64,000 nucleotides of DNA from an uncultured delta proteobacterium (lineage in GTDB: Bacteria; Myxococcota_A; Polyangia; Polyangiales; Polyangiaceae): assembly GCA_963841435.1 (NCBI GenBank), contig CAWJCS010000005.1, forward strand, positions 1,120,001 through 1,184,000, read 5' to 3'. The notes below the pieces were generated by a model. The model was not told the origin of the DNA, made no database searches, and saw only the letters and a list, made by a program, of their open reading frames with translations. Positions 54,287 to 64,000 of the stretch are shown in pieces. A program made the translations under genes and the position numbers. The first letter of the stretch is position 1. Every line of letters starts with the position of its first letter.

Positions 54287-55372
54287 ATGAGCGGCCAGCT
54301 CACCGGCACGCGCGGATTCGTGGACGACATCGCCGCCTGGCGTCGCGCCGCGACCGAAAGAGCGCCGTCGTACCACCGGCTCTTCGACGAGCTCATCGGC
54401 GTGCTCGGCTCCGACGCGACGACCGATATGGCCGTCGCGCGACGTTTCGAAGGGGCCTGGAGCGAGCGCACCTTCGAGATCTTCTACGATCGACCGATGC
54501 TCTTCGTCGCCGCGCTGCGACGCGACGCGCTCGCCGAGGGCGGGACACATCCGCTCTTCGAGGCCCTCGGCGCGCGCGAGCCCGAACCGCGCGCCGTGAC
54601 GCGAGCCGCGCTGCTCGCGGCGCTCGCGCGCGAATCGGTGTGGGAAGCGCTGCGCTCGAAGTTCGTGCAGACGAACGAAACCTCGCGCGCGCTCGCGTGG
54701 CTCTGGCCCGCCTCCGTCGTCGGTTGCGGCGAAGGAGCGCGCCCGCTCGCTCTTTTCGAGATCGGCAGCGCGGCGGGGCTGAACCTCGTCGCCGACCGGC
54801 TGCCCACCCGGTGGAAGACCGCACGGGGCGACCCACTGCCGTGCGCTCGAGCCCCGCGCGCGCTCGTTCGGCGCGGCATCGACCGAAACCCGCTCGACCC
54901 CTCGCGCGACGACGATGCCAGCTGGCTGCGCGCCTGCGTGTGGGCCGGCGAGTCCGAGCGCATCGAGCGACTCGAAGCCGCGATCGCCGCGTTTTGCGCC
55001 TCGCCCGCGCTCGTCGAGCACGGCGACGTGAGCGAGGCGCCGGAGCGTCTGCGGGCCGTCTCGGCGGAGCGCGAACGGAACGCCGTGGTCATCGCGTTCC
55101 AAACCATCGTGCGTGACTATCTCGACTCCGTGACGCGCGACCGCTACGAGCGCGGCATGCGCGCCTGGCTCGAAGCGGTGCCCCCCGGAAGTGCCCTCTG
55201 GGTCGAGCTCGAGCTCGACCACGACGATCCGGAAAAGCGCGTGCCCATCGTGGCGCACGCCCGCGACACGGCGGGCGCGCTCGACCTCTCGCTCGGCGTC
55301 ACGGGCTATCACCCGGTGACGGTCGCCGTGGACGAGGCCGCGGTCGCAAAGCTCGCCGCGACGTTCCGCTAG
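54287..55372 (+). CDS. DUF2332 family protein (methyltransferase-like fold)
   Basis: VQTNE.SR, EIGSAAGLNL.ADR, GIDRNPLD, WLRACVW. Confidence 0.8.
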   Translation: MSGQLTGTRGFVDDIAAWRRAATERAPSYHRLFDELIGVLGSDATTDMAVARRFEGAWSERTFEIFYDRPMLFVAALRRDALAEGGTHPLFEALGAREPEPRAVTRAALLAALARESVWEALRSKFVQTNETSRALAWLWPASVVGCGEGARPLALFEIGSAAGLNLVADRLPTRWKTARGDPLPCARAPRALVRRGIDRNPLDPSRDDDASWLRACVWAGESERIERLEAAIAAFCASPALVEHGDVSEAPERLRAVSAERERNAVVIAFQTIVRDYLDSVTRDRYERGMRAWLEAVPPGSALWVELELDHDDPEKRVPIVAHARDTAGALDLSLGVTGYHPVTVAVDEAAVAKLAATFR

Positions 55373-55724
55373 CGTGCCGAGCCCGAAGCTCGTCGAAGAG
55401 TCAGTGCTGAAGAGCTCCCTTTTGCCGCCGATCGATCGTTTCGTGGTCGAGCGGCCATACAGCCGCTGTCCCCACCTTCCGCCTTGACTGATCATATCTG
55501 GCCGCGCGAGCGACGGTGGTGCAACGCTGCCGGCGCGCCTCGCTCGATGCTCGCTCGCGCTCCGCCGAGCAGAAGCGCCACGATCGATGTGCGCGCCGTA
55601 CCCACATGGGCCCACGCGTCCGAACGTCGCACGCCGGAAGCGGGTGCCCGCCCAGTCGGTCGCGCGCTATGTTCGAAGACGGTGCGCGCATCGCGAAGCG
55701 TGCGCCCGAAAGGTAGAAGCGAGC

Positions 55725-56702
55725 ATGAAACTCTGGAAGCTCTCGGTCCTCGGCAGCCTTCTTTCCCTGGGGCTTCTCGGCTGCGGCGGCGGTGACGACG
55801 ACTCGACGGGCGGGAACCTCGGCACGGGCGGCACGGGCGGCACGACCTCGATCGGCGTGGGCGGCAGCGGCATCCCAGTCGGTACGGGTGGCACGAGCGG
55901 AAGCAGCGGGGGCACCACGAGCGGGGGTGGAACCTCGGGCACGGCGTACATGCTCCCTCAGGACTTCGAGAAAGCGAACTTCGGCGGCTACAAGCTCGGC
56001 GACCGCGTGACGCCCGGCTCGGAGCCGGACCTCGGCACCGACATGGGCAACGGCTGCGGCGCGGAGATCCTCGGCATCGTGCGCGACTTCAAGAGCGGCA
56101 AGAACCCGGATGGTCACCCGGACTTCGAGACGTTCACGGGCGACGGCGAGAAGGGCATCGTCGAGAACGACCTGGGCGACGACCAGAAGCCCGTCTACGC
56201 GCCCGGCAACCACAAGTTCACGACGACCCAAGAAGCGTTCGACCAGTGGTACGTCAACACCCCCAACGTCAACGACCCGTACTACGTCTACTTCTACCTC
56301 CAGCCCAACGGAGACAAGCTGACGTTCTTCTCCGACGCCTTCTTCCCCCTCGACGGAGCGGGGTTCGGCAACCAGGGCAACGAGCACAACTATCACTTCA
56401 CGACCGAGGTCCACACGACGTTTCGTTACAACGGTGGGGAAACGTTCTCCTTCACGGGCGACGACGACCTCTGGGTGTTCATCAACGGAAAGCTCGCCAT
56501 CGATCTCGGCGGCCTCCACACGCCTCAGACCGCCCAAGTCGTGCTGGACGACGAAGCCAGCCGACTCGGCATCACGACGGGTCAGGTCTACCCGCTGGAC
56601 CTCTTTCACGCCGAGCGCCACACCGTGCAATCGAATTTCCGCATCGACACGAATCTCTATTTCGTCGATTGCGGCGTGATCGTCGACGAGCCCGTTCGCT
56701 GA
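55725..56702 (+). CDS. Fibro-slime (PA14-like) domain lipoprotein
   Basis: Lipobox LLGC, VRDF...HPDFE, FFPLD, HNYHFTTE, FTGDDDLWVFING.LAIDLGGLH, FHAERH. Confidence 0.9.
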   Translation: MKLWKLSVLGSLLSLGLLGCGGGDDDSTGGNLGTGGTGGTTSIGVGGSGIPVGTGGTSGSSGGTTSGGGTSGTAYMLPQDFEKANFGGYKLGDRVTPGSEPDLGTDMGNGCGAEILGIVRDFKSGKNPDGHPDFETFTGDGEKGIVENDLGDDQKPVYAPGNHKFTTTQEAFDQWYVNTPNVNDPYYVYFYLQPNGDKLTFFSDAFFPLDGAGFGNQGNEHNYHFTTEVHTTFRYNGGETFSFTGDDDLWVFINGKLAIDLGGLHTPQTAQVVLDDEASRLGITTGQVYPLDLFHAERHTVQSNFRIDTNLYFVDCGVIVDEPVR

Positions 56703-56776
56703 CGTCTCCCGCCCGCGCGTGTCGCGCCGCGGGATACCAGCGTTTCGGCGAACGCCAGCGAGGCTTGGCGAGCGCC

Positions 56777-57166
56777 CTAGCCCGGCCTTGCGCTGGCGCG
56801 GCGGCTCGCCACCACCACGCGGTTGCGACCCAACGTCTTGCCTTCGTAAAGCGCGTCGTCCGCAGCCTCGAGGCACGTCTCGAGCCCGGATCCGCTCTTG
56901 TACTCGGCGACACCGAGGGTCAATGTCACCGTGGCGCCGAGGCTCGGGATGTCGCCCAGCCGGGCCTGGGCGACCGCGCGCAATCGGTTGGCAACGTCGG
57001 CGGCGGCGGCGATCCCGGTTTCCGGCAGAAGAACCAGGAATTCCTCGCCACCCCAGCGAGCAATCACGTCCTGACCGCGCAACGCCTCCCGGAGCAGCGC
57101 ACCCAAGCGTCGCAGCGACACCAGTCGGGCGGCTGGCGTACCCCGCGAACGTCGTCGCCGCAGCAT
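56777..57166 (-). pseudogene. Truncated GGDEF (diguanylate cyclase) domain
   Basis: LRGQDVIARWGGEEF...ADDALYEGK..GRNRV present; no DIDxFKxxND N-terminus in any upstream frame. Confidence 0.7.
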
Positions 57167-57314
57167 TTCGTGCTCTCGACGGCATGACGCCGAGACGCAT
57201 GGATTGCAGCCGCGGCGTCAGAGGACGAAGCGCTTGCGCGTCCGCGGAACACGGCGACGCTACGGGGCGCGGCGAATCACGCAATCTGCGCGCGCTGCAC
57301 CCGCGGCTGGGGTG

Positions 57315-57330
57315 TGGCACGTGGATTGCT
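57315..57330 (+). promoter_or_regulatory. Sigma54 (-24/-12) promoter
   Basis: TGGCACGTGGATTGCT matches TGGCACG-N4-TTGCW exactly, 43 nt upstream of ATG 57374. Confidence 0.75.
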
Positions 57331-57373
57331 GGGCGGCGGGCGCGCCCGAAGCGGGCCGCGAAAGGATGACTCG

Positions 57374-58174
57374 ATGCGACCACCGAGACTGGACCTCGCC
57401 GTGAGGTTGGTTGCGATAATTGGGCTCGTCGGCTGTGGCGGCTCCGCGCCGCCTTCGGAGACGGCGGCTTCACCCCCGTCGGCGCCGGCCACGACGGCAA
57501 GCGCCGAGCCCGCCCCGGCAGAGCCGAAGCCGGACGAACCGCCGAAGCCCGACGTTCCGCCCGCGGGCGCGCCGGTCGAGCGCGTCATGAAAGCGCACTT
57601 CACCGACGCCCTGCTGATTCGGCAGGCCGTCATCAACGGAAAACCGGAGGAAGCCTCCAAGCCGGCCACGGCGCTCACCGTGATCCAGAATCCCGATGAG
57701 CTGCCCAACGGTTGGCGAAGCTTCGTCGAGCGCATGCAAGAGACGGCTCGGCGCATCTCGAACAGCACGAGCGCGGCACAAACGGCAGCCGCTGCCGCCG
57801 ACCTCGGAGTGACCTGCGGCATGTGCCACCAGCGAAATGGTGGCCCCAAAGCTTCGAGCGAGCCTGCCCCCGCCGAAGGCACCACCATCGAGAGCCGCAT
57901 GAAGCGGCACGTCTGGGCCACGGAGCGCTTGTGGGAAGGGCTCTACGTCCCTTCCAGCGATGCCTGGCTCGCCGGCGCCAAGGCACTCAGCGCTCACCCC
58001 TTCCCGGACGAAGTCCTGAAGGAGGGCGGCGTGCACGCCCGAAGCGCCGCGAGCGACTTCACGAAGATCGTCGTGAAGGCGCCGACGAAGAAGAGCAGCG
58101 AAGAGCGAGCCGCGCTCTACGCGGACCTACTGGTCACGTGCGGCACCTGTCATCGGGCAATGGCGGAAAAGTAG
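57374..58174 (+). CDS. Di-heme c-type cytochrome lipoprotein (tandem cytochrome c'-like helical domains)
   Basis: Lipobox LVGC; CGMCH and CGTCH each end a helical repeat that begins MKxH. Confidence 0.8.
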   Translation: MRPPRLDLAVRLVAIIGLVGCGGSAPPSETAASPPSAPATTASAEPAPAEPKPDEPPKPDVPPAGAPVERVMKAHFTDALLIRQAVINGKPEEASKPATALTVIQNPDELPNGWRSFVERMQETARRISNSTSAAQTAAAAADLGVTCGMCHQRNGGPKASSEPAPAEGTTIESRMKRHVWATERLWEGLYVPSSDAWLAGAKALSAHPFPDEVLKEGGVHARSAASDFTKIVVKAPTKKSSEERAALYADLLVTCGTCHRAMAEK

Positions 58175-58226
58175 CCGAGTCTCGCGCGGGGCGCCCGCGT
58201 GCGGCTCGGGTCGGCCCGGCTCGCGC

Positions 58227-59514
58227 TCACGGGCCGGCGGGCGCAGGCGTCGCCTCGGCGCGGGCGCCGCGCGCCTGGACGAAGAAGTATCGCCCTGCGA
58301 CGACGAGGCCCACGGCGCCGAACGCGGCAAGCGCGTAGGTGACCGTGAGGAAGAAACCGAGGCGCGAGGTCTCGCGAGCGAACACGTCCTTGTAAATCTG
58401 CAGCGCGACGGAGCCGGTGTAGCCCGCGGCATCGGCGAGGTTGATCGCAAACACGGCGGTGCCGACGAAGCGCGTGCCCGCGGTGATGCGATCGAACAAG
58501 AACGAACCGAACGGAACGTACGCGAGATACGCGCCGAAGCCGACCAGCACCATCCAGACCGCGCCCGATACGAGGCCGACCTGGAGCAACGCCGTTGCGC
58601 CTGCGAGCAGCAAGAGGCCGGAACGTCATGCAGGCGAAGACGGCGATGATGCCCTTGATGGGATCCTGAACCCAGCCGAGCGCACCGAGCGTCACGAGCA
58701 CGAGAAAGGCGACGGGGATCTCCGTGCTCGTAAAAAGGGCGGGCTGATTTTCGTAGCCGAGCTCGGCGAAGAGCTCGACACCGTAGTTGTCTCGAAAGTC
58801 GCGAAACGCCGTCAGCCCGAGGTAAACGGCGACGAGCAGCAAGAGCCCTGGCAGGTAGCGTTCGAAGAATTCCCGTCGCCGGGTCGCGTCCATGGGTGGA
58901 CGATCGACGCGTGCTCTCTTGTCCGCGGCGTCCGGTTCGGGCGTCGCGTCCAGGAGGCGCGAGAAAACCAGGAAGGGAGGGAGGAACAGGAGCCCGGTCA
59001 AGAGCGGCATGAAATAAACGTCCACGCCGTGGGCGAGTAGGTAGCGCCCCACGTCCTTGACCACGCCGCTGGCGACGATGAACGAAGCGCTCAGACCCGA
59101 AAGTAAGAGCTCACTCGTGCGCCGCCCTTCGAGGTAACGGACGACGAGCCCCCACACCATGCCGAGCGGCAGGCCGTTCATGAAGATGGCGACGACCTTG
59201 AGCGGCGCCGGCAGCACCGCGAACCCGAGGAGCGCGAGCTCCGCAGCGGCGATGATCCCGACGAGCATGGGCCAGCGCCGTGCCCGCGACGCCTCCGACA
59301 CGAACTTCACGGCCAGATACTTCGAGCAGGTGTAGCCGATGATTTGGCTGATCACGAAGGCGGTCTTGAGCTCGACGCCGAGCAGCGTGTCGCCCGCATA
59401 GCTCCCCGCGGCGAACGGCTTGCGGAAACCGTACATGCAAAAGTAAGTGCCGAACGCGAGCGCGATGGTCTTGGCGGCGACGAGCCGCCTGGGTCGCGCG
59501 GGTCGAGCGTGCAT
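58227..59514 (-). pseudogene. DUF5690 MFS-like membrane protein, apparently frameshifted at ~58621-58627
   Basis: YFCMYGFRKPF, NGLPLGMVWG, YLEGRR, RDFRDN; the C-terminal part (YLAYVPF...FDR...AD..GY.GSV) is in the adjacent frame. Confidence 0.8.
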
Positions 59515-59788
59515 CGGGCTGCCGTCCTCGAGCATGGCGTGAACGCCTTCCTTGGGTGCGACGCCCGAGGGAGTCAAACCGACTACGGCGGTCACGCCCA
59601 ACGCCAGACGCGCGGCCTGCCTCACCGTGACCCATTAGGCGACCCGAGATCCGCTCCGGCTGAACCGGAGGGGCAGAGCGGAGCAAGAGCAGGTGAGACG
59701 AGGTGCGACATCCAGCTACTCGCCTCGCTGAATGCGTGCGAAGAGTCCTTGAGTGTGGGGCCGACCGCAGTCACGATTGGAAGTTGAC

Positions 59789-62700
59789 GTGCAAGCCAAT
59801 CCTCACCGCGGTCTCTGGGTCCTCCTTTCCCTTCTGCCACTCCTGACGCTCGCCTGCGGTGATCCACCCTCGGTGGCAAGGCGTCCCGGCGCGGCCGAAA
59901 CGGGAGGCAGCGCGGGCTCGGGTGGCAGCAGCGCGAGCGGTGGGCGCGGCGGTAGCGGCGGCAGCGCGGGCGGCATCGGCGTCGGGGCGATGGGCGGTGG
60001 CGACGAAGCCGGTGCGGCAGGCGCACCCGCGGAGGCCGAGTGCGGCAACGATCTCCTCGAGCCGGGCGAGCTCTGCGACGACGGCAACACGAAGGACGGC
60101 GACGGCTGCAGCGGGGATTGCTTGGTCCCCGACCCCGACTATCTGTGCGTCGAGGGCGAGGGCTGCGTGCGCGTCGTGACCTGCGGCAACGGCATCATCG
60201 AGGGCAACGAGGTTTGCGACGACGGCAACACCAAGAACGGCGACGGCTGCGCGAAGGGATGCGACGGGGTCGAGGACGGCTATTCGTGCATCAAGCCCGG
60301 CGAGCCCTGCGTGGTGCTCGCGGTGTGCGGAAACGGCGTGCGCGAGCGCGGCGAGCAGTGTGACGACGGCGACAACGACGACGGCGACGGTTGCAATGCC
60401 AAATGCCAGCTCGAGGACGGCTATTTCTGTCCTCCCGGCGCGGATTGCGTGCCGTTCGACTGCGGCGACGGCAACCGAACGCCGGACGAGCAATGCGACG
60501 ACGGCGACAACGACGACGGCGACGGCTGCGCCTCGGATTGCACCATCGAGGACGGCTGGCTGTGCTCTGCGAGCGGCTGCCGCCCGGTCTGCGGCGACGG
60601 CATGGTGCTCGGCAGCGAGGAGTGCGACGACGGCAACCCCCTGAGCGGCGACGGCTGCTCCGCGGCGTGCCTCGTGGAGCCCTTCTTCGACTGCGATTCG
60701 AGCGAGCCAAGCGTGTGCACCTCGACCATCGTGTGCGGCGACGGCCTGCTCGGCCCCGGCGAGGTGTGCGATCCCGGCATCACGGGACAGGACGCCTGCT
60801 ACAGCCCCACGGAGAATCCGGGCCTCGCCTGCAAGGCGTTCGACAGCGGTCTCGTCGCGCCACCCGTCTGCAATAACGGAGTCGTCGAGTACCAAGAGGA
60901 GTGCGACGGCGCCGTCACCGGGTGCACCAACTGCAAGGTCGACCCGGGCTACGTGTGTCCGGCCGCCAGTATCTGTTTCCGGCTCCCGGTGTGCGGCGAT
61001 GGGCTCTTGCAGGCGGGCGAGCAGTGCGACATCGGGCTGATGAGCGGGCCGGGCTGCATGAACTGCCAGCTCCAGCCGGGCTACTTCTGCTCCGGGGAGC
61101 CCTCGGTGTGCGTGCAGTCCGTCTGCGGCGACGGCTTCCGCGCCCCCGACGAGCAGTGCGACGACGGGCCCGGCACGCTGCAGGCCCCCGGCACCCCGGT
61201 CGGCGGCGACGGCTGCTCGGCCACCTGCACCGTGGAGACCGGCTGGGTGTGCCCGCCGGGCGCTAAGTGCCAGCCGGTGTGCGGCGACGGGCTCCTGCGC
61301 GGCGCCGAGCAGTGCGACACGCCGGACACGAACGGCTGCCAGAACTGCCGCTTGAAGCCGGGCTACAAGTGCGGCGCCGGCGGCACCTCCAATCCGTGCA
61401 CCGCCACCGTCTGCGGCAACGGCACGCCCGAGCCCGGCGAGGGTTGCGACGACGGCAACAAGGTCGCCGGTGACGGCTGCGGGCCGACCTGCCAGCTCGA
61501 GCCCGTCGTGACCGTCGGTCCGAGCCCCAGCGTGGCCGTCACCTGTGGCGACGGCCTCAAGACGGGCAGCGAGCAGTGCGACGACGGCAACAAAACGAGC
61601 GGCGATGGCTGCTCGTCGACCTGCCAGACCGAGCCCGGCTGGATCTGCGACGCCAGCATCGTCTATCCACCCTCGGTCGAGTTCAAGGTCGTCTACCGCG
61701 ACTTCAAGCACAGAAACGAGTCCGGCGGGCACCCCCACATGCGCCAGCAGACCGCGAATCCGCCCAACATCACCAACGATGCCGGCATCGTCGGCGCCCT
61801 TTGCACGGTTGCGAACCCGAGCGCCTGCGGTCGCCTCGACGCCAACGGCAAGCCCACCTACGTCGGAACGGGCACGCACAACAGCATCGACCCTTCGGGT
61901 GACAACCTGAGCGTTGCGTACCACCAGGACGCCTTCAAACTTTGGTACCGCGACACCAACGCGACGGCCCTGAACGACCCGGCCTCCGAGACCGACGGCA
62001 ATGCGGCGACGAACGTGCCGATCGTGATCTGGCCGAACCCCACGCCCATGCCCGCGAGCGGCGTGGACACCCTCCTGCTCACCCGCGTCGGAACGACGAG
62101 CGCTTACCGCCTCTCGAGCGGTGGCAACACGTTCTACCCGCTCGGCTCGGCCAGCAACCCCACGGTCGCGCCCCGGGGTTACGGCTACACGCCGAACGCA
62201 ACCCCTCAGCGCAACTGGAACTTCACGAGCGAGCTCCGCTACTTCTTCCAGTACCAGGGCGGCGAAACGCTCACGTTCTACGGTGACGACGACGTGTGGG
62301 TGTTCATCAACGGCCGCCTCGCCGTGGACATCGGCGGCATCCACACCCAGCTCAACGGGCGCGTCGTGCTCGGCGACGACGGCGCGGGCGGCACCGCTAC
62401 CGAGAGCGACTGCTCGGTCAACGTTTCGAACAACAACAACTCGACGACCCTTCCAGCCTGCACCCTGGAGGCTGCCGAGAACGACACGACCGACCAGCGG
62501 TTCGGCCTGACCAGGGGCGGCGTGTACGAGATCGTCGTGCTCCAGGCGGAACGATGCCCGACGGAGTCGAACTACCAGCTCACGCTCGACGGGTTCATCG
62601 CGCCGCGCTCCTACTGCCACACGACCTGCGGCGACGGCACGCGAGCCGGCACGGAGCTGTGCGACGACGGTGCGGGCATGCCCGCCACCGGGTACGGCGT

Positions 62701-63925
62701 GTGTCTGAACGACTGCACGTTCAAGTTCTGCGGCGACGGCGCCGTGAACGGCACCGAAACCTGCGACAACCGCGTCAATGCCGATCTCTACGGCTCGGGC
62801 TGCGGGCCCGGCTGCGTCGCGCCCGCCCGCTGCGGCGACGGCGTCGTGCAGCGGTCCTTCGGCGAAGAATGCGACAAGGGCGCCCAGAACGCCAACGGCG
62901 TCTACGGCGGCTGTACCACGAGCTGCAAGCTCGGTCCGTACTGCGGCGACGGGATGGTCGACGGCAACGAGCAGTGCGACACGCCCGGCGCTTTCACGAC
63001 GTACGGTAGCGGCCCCGGTGAGTGCAACTACGACTGCCGGTTTGCACCCTATTGCGGTGACAACGTGCGCAACGGCACGGAGATCTGCGACGGCACGATG
63101 GCTTGCAACTCGAGCTGCGAGCTGGATCCGTTCTGCGGCGACGGTCTGAAGACGATGAACGAGGCCTGCGACTACGGTCAGTTCGGCTTCGCCGGACCGC
63201 CTGCGCAGGCCCCGTACGGAGGCTGCACCACGGCGTGCGAGCTCGGGCCCTACTGCGGCGACGAGGTCGTGCAAAGCACCTTCGGCGAGGAGTGCGACGA
63301 GGGCGCGCAGAATGCCAACAACAGCTACGACGGGTGCACCACGGCGTGCTTGCTCGGGCCACACTGTGGCGACGGCGTGCTCCAGTCCGCCGCAGGTGAG
63401 GTCTGCGACAACGGGTTCAACGAGGACGAGTACGCCTACCCGGGTGCCAAGAATCCCTGCGGCCCGGCGTGTATGGACGTGCCTTACTGTGGCGACGGCC
63501 AGGTCCAGTCCGCGTTCGAGCTCTGCGACGACGGCGCCGACAACGACGACAATGCCTACGACGGCTGCACCACGACCTGCGATTGGGGTCCGTACTGCGG
63601 CGACGGCACGAAGAACGGCTCGGAGCAGTGCGACGACGGTCCGGACAATGCTGCGTATTCGGCCGACGGCAAGGGTTGCTCCTACGAGTGCAAGAAGAAC
63701 CAGGCGTACTGCGGCGACGGCGTGCGCAACGGCCCCGAGCAATGCGACCTCGGCACGTCGCAGAACGACGGCTCCTACGGCGGTTGCAAGGACGACTGCA
63801 CGCGAGCGCCGTACTGCGGCGACGGCAAGCTCCAGAAGAGTTCGGGTGAAGCCTGCGACGACGGCCCGACCGGCAGCCTCACCTGCACGCCGACCTGCAA
63901 GCTCAGAAGCGGCGGAGTGAAGTAG
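59789..63925 (+). CDS. Large Cys-rich lipoprotein: myxobacterial disulfide (DUF4215-type) repeats flanking a fibro-slime domain
   Basis: Lipobox LTLAC; about 24 CGDG...E.CD modules; central YRDF...NWNFTSE...GDDDVWVFING.LAVDIGGIH...QAER. Confidence 0.92.
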   Translation: MQANPHRGLWVLLSLLPLLTLACGDPPSVARRPGAAETGGSAGSGGSSASGGRGGSGGSAGGIGVGAMGGGDEAGAAGAPAEAECGNDLLEPGELCDDGNTKDGDGCSGDCLVPDPDYLCVEGEGCVRVVTCGNGIIEGNEVCDDGNTKNGDGCAKGCDGVEDGYSCIKPGEPCVVLAVCGNGVRERGEQCDDGDNDDGDGCNAKCQLEDGYFCPPGADCVPFDCGDGNRTPDEQCDDGDNDDGDGCASDCTIEDGWLCSASGCRPVCGDGMVLGSEECDDGNPLSGDGCSAACLVEPFFDCDSSEPSVCTSTIVCGDGLLGPGEVCDPGITGQDACYSPTENPGLACKAFDSGLVAPPVCNNGVVEYQEECDGAVTGCTNCKVDPGYVCPAASICFRLPVCGDGLLQAGEQCDIGLMSGPGCMNCQLQPGYFCSGEPSVCVQSVCGDGFRAPDEQCDDGPGTLQAPGTPVGGDGCSATCTVETGWVCPPGAKCQPVCGDGLLRGAEQCDTPDTNGCQNCRLKPGYKCGAGGTSNPCTATVCGNGTPEPGEGCDDGNKVAGDGCGPTCQLEPVVTVGPSPSVAVTCGDGLKTGSEQCDDGNKTSGDGCSSTCQTEPGWICDASIVYPPSVEFKVVYRDFKHRNESGGHPHMRQQTANPPNITNDAGIVGALCTVANPSACGRLDANGKPTYVGTGTHNSIDPSGDNLSVAYHQDAFKLWYRDTNATALNDPASETDGNAATNVPIVIWPNPTPMPASGVDTLLLTRVGTTSAYRLSSGGNTFYPLGSASNPTVAPRGYGYTPNATPQRNWNFTSELRYFFQYQGGETLTFYGDDDVWVFINGRLAVDIGGIHTQLNGRVVLGDDGAGGTATESDCSVNVSNNNNSTTLPACTLEAAENDTTDQRFGLTRGGVYEIVVLQAERCPTESNYQLTLDGFIAPRSYCHTTCGDGTRAGTELCDDGAGMPATGYGVCLNDCTFKFCGDGAVNGTETCDNRVNADLYGSGCGPGCVAPARCGDGVVQRSFGEECDKGAQNANGVYGGCTTSCKLGPYCGDGMVDGNEQCDTPGAFTTYGSGPGECNYDCRFAPYCGDNVRNGTEICDGTMACNSSCELDPFCGDGLKTMNEACDYGQFGFAGPPAQAPYGGCTTACELGPYCGDEVVQSTFGEECDEGAQNANNSYDGCTTACLLGPHCGDGVLQSAAGEVCDNGFNEDEYAYPGAKNPCGPACMDVPYCGDGQVQSAFELCDDGADNDDNAYDGCTTTCDWGPYCGDGTKNGSEQCDDGPDNAAYSADGKGCSYECKKNQAYCGDGVRNGPEQCDLGTSQNDGSYGGCKDDCTRAPYCGDGKLQKSSGEACDDGPTGSLTCTPTCKLRSGGVK

Positions 63926-64000
63926 CCGCGACCCGTGGAGCCGGCGCCTCGGCGCGCCGGCTCTCGGCCCGGACTCGGCCGCCCACGCTCGTTCGACGGA

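Noticed and set aside
55373..55724. 350-nt intergenic region as a possible ncRNA or riboswitch
   Set aside because: No recognisable conserved RNA motif or terminator by eye; an Rfam scan would be needed.
59771..63742. 1323-aa antisense ORF (similarly 12481-14784, 15032-16810, 17414-19015 and 48551-50473)
   Set aside because: Shadow ORFs caused by high GC3 codon bias opposite well-supported genes; no recognisable motifs.

Overview
High-GC chromosomal window from a myxobacterium. The 16S signature and gene content point to Myxococcota, Polyangiales/Sorangiineae-like. It holds one complete minus-strand rRNA operon (16S-tRNA-Ile-tRNA-Ala-23S-5S) with a sigma70 promoter, a 16S processing stem and a terminator. 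Housekeeping genes include ilvD, fbaB, tadA, pepA, fpr, fabH, aroA, a gdh, a LeuA-like enzyme, ttcA and queD. There is also a small amino-sugar cassette, two stand-alone DNA-methyltransferase-like genes, a hybrid histidine kinase, and many myxobacterial surface or lipoproteins (vWA, a DUF1592+DUF1552 pair, two fibro-slime/PA14 proteins, a di-heme cytochrome c under a sigma54 promoter, and a Zn-ribbon/GYF_2 protein with 14-aa tandem repeats). No transposase, integrase, prophage or CRISPR array was seen. The most striking cross-cutting signal is that four genes (probably five) are broken by a single extra base, always at GAAC/GTTC. Removing one A restores the palindrome GACGTC (3-4 sites) or GTCGAC (1 site), which suggests motif-specific DNA modification showing up as sequencing error. 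Family names come from motif recognition by eye, not from database searches.
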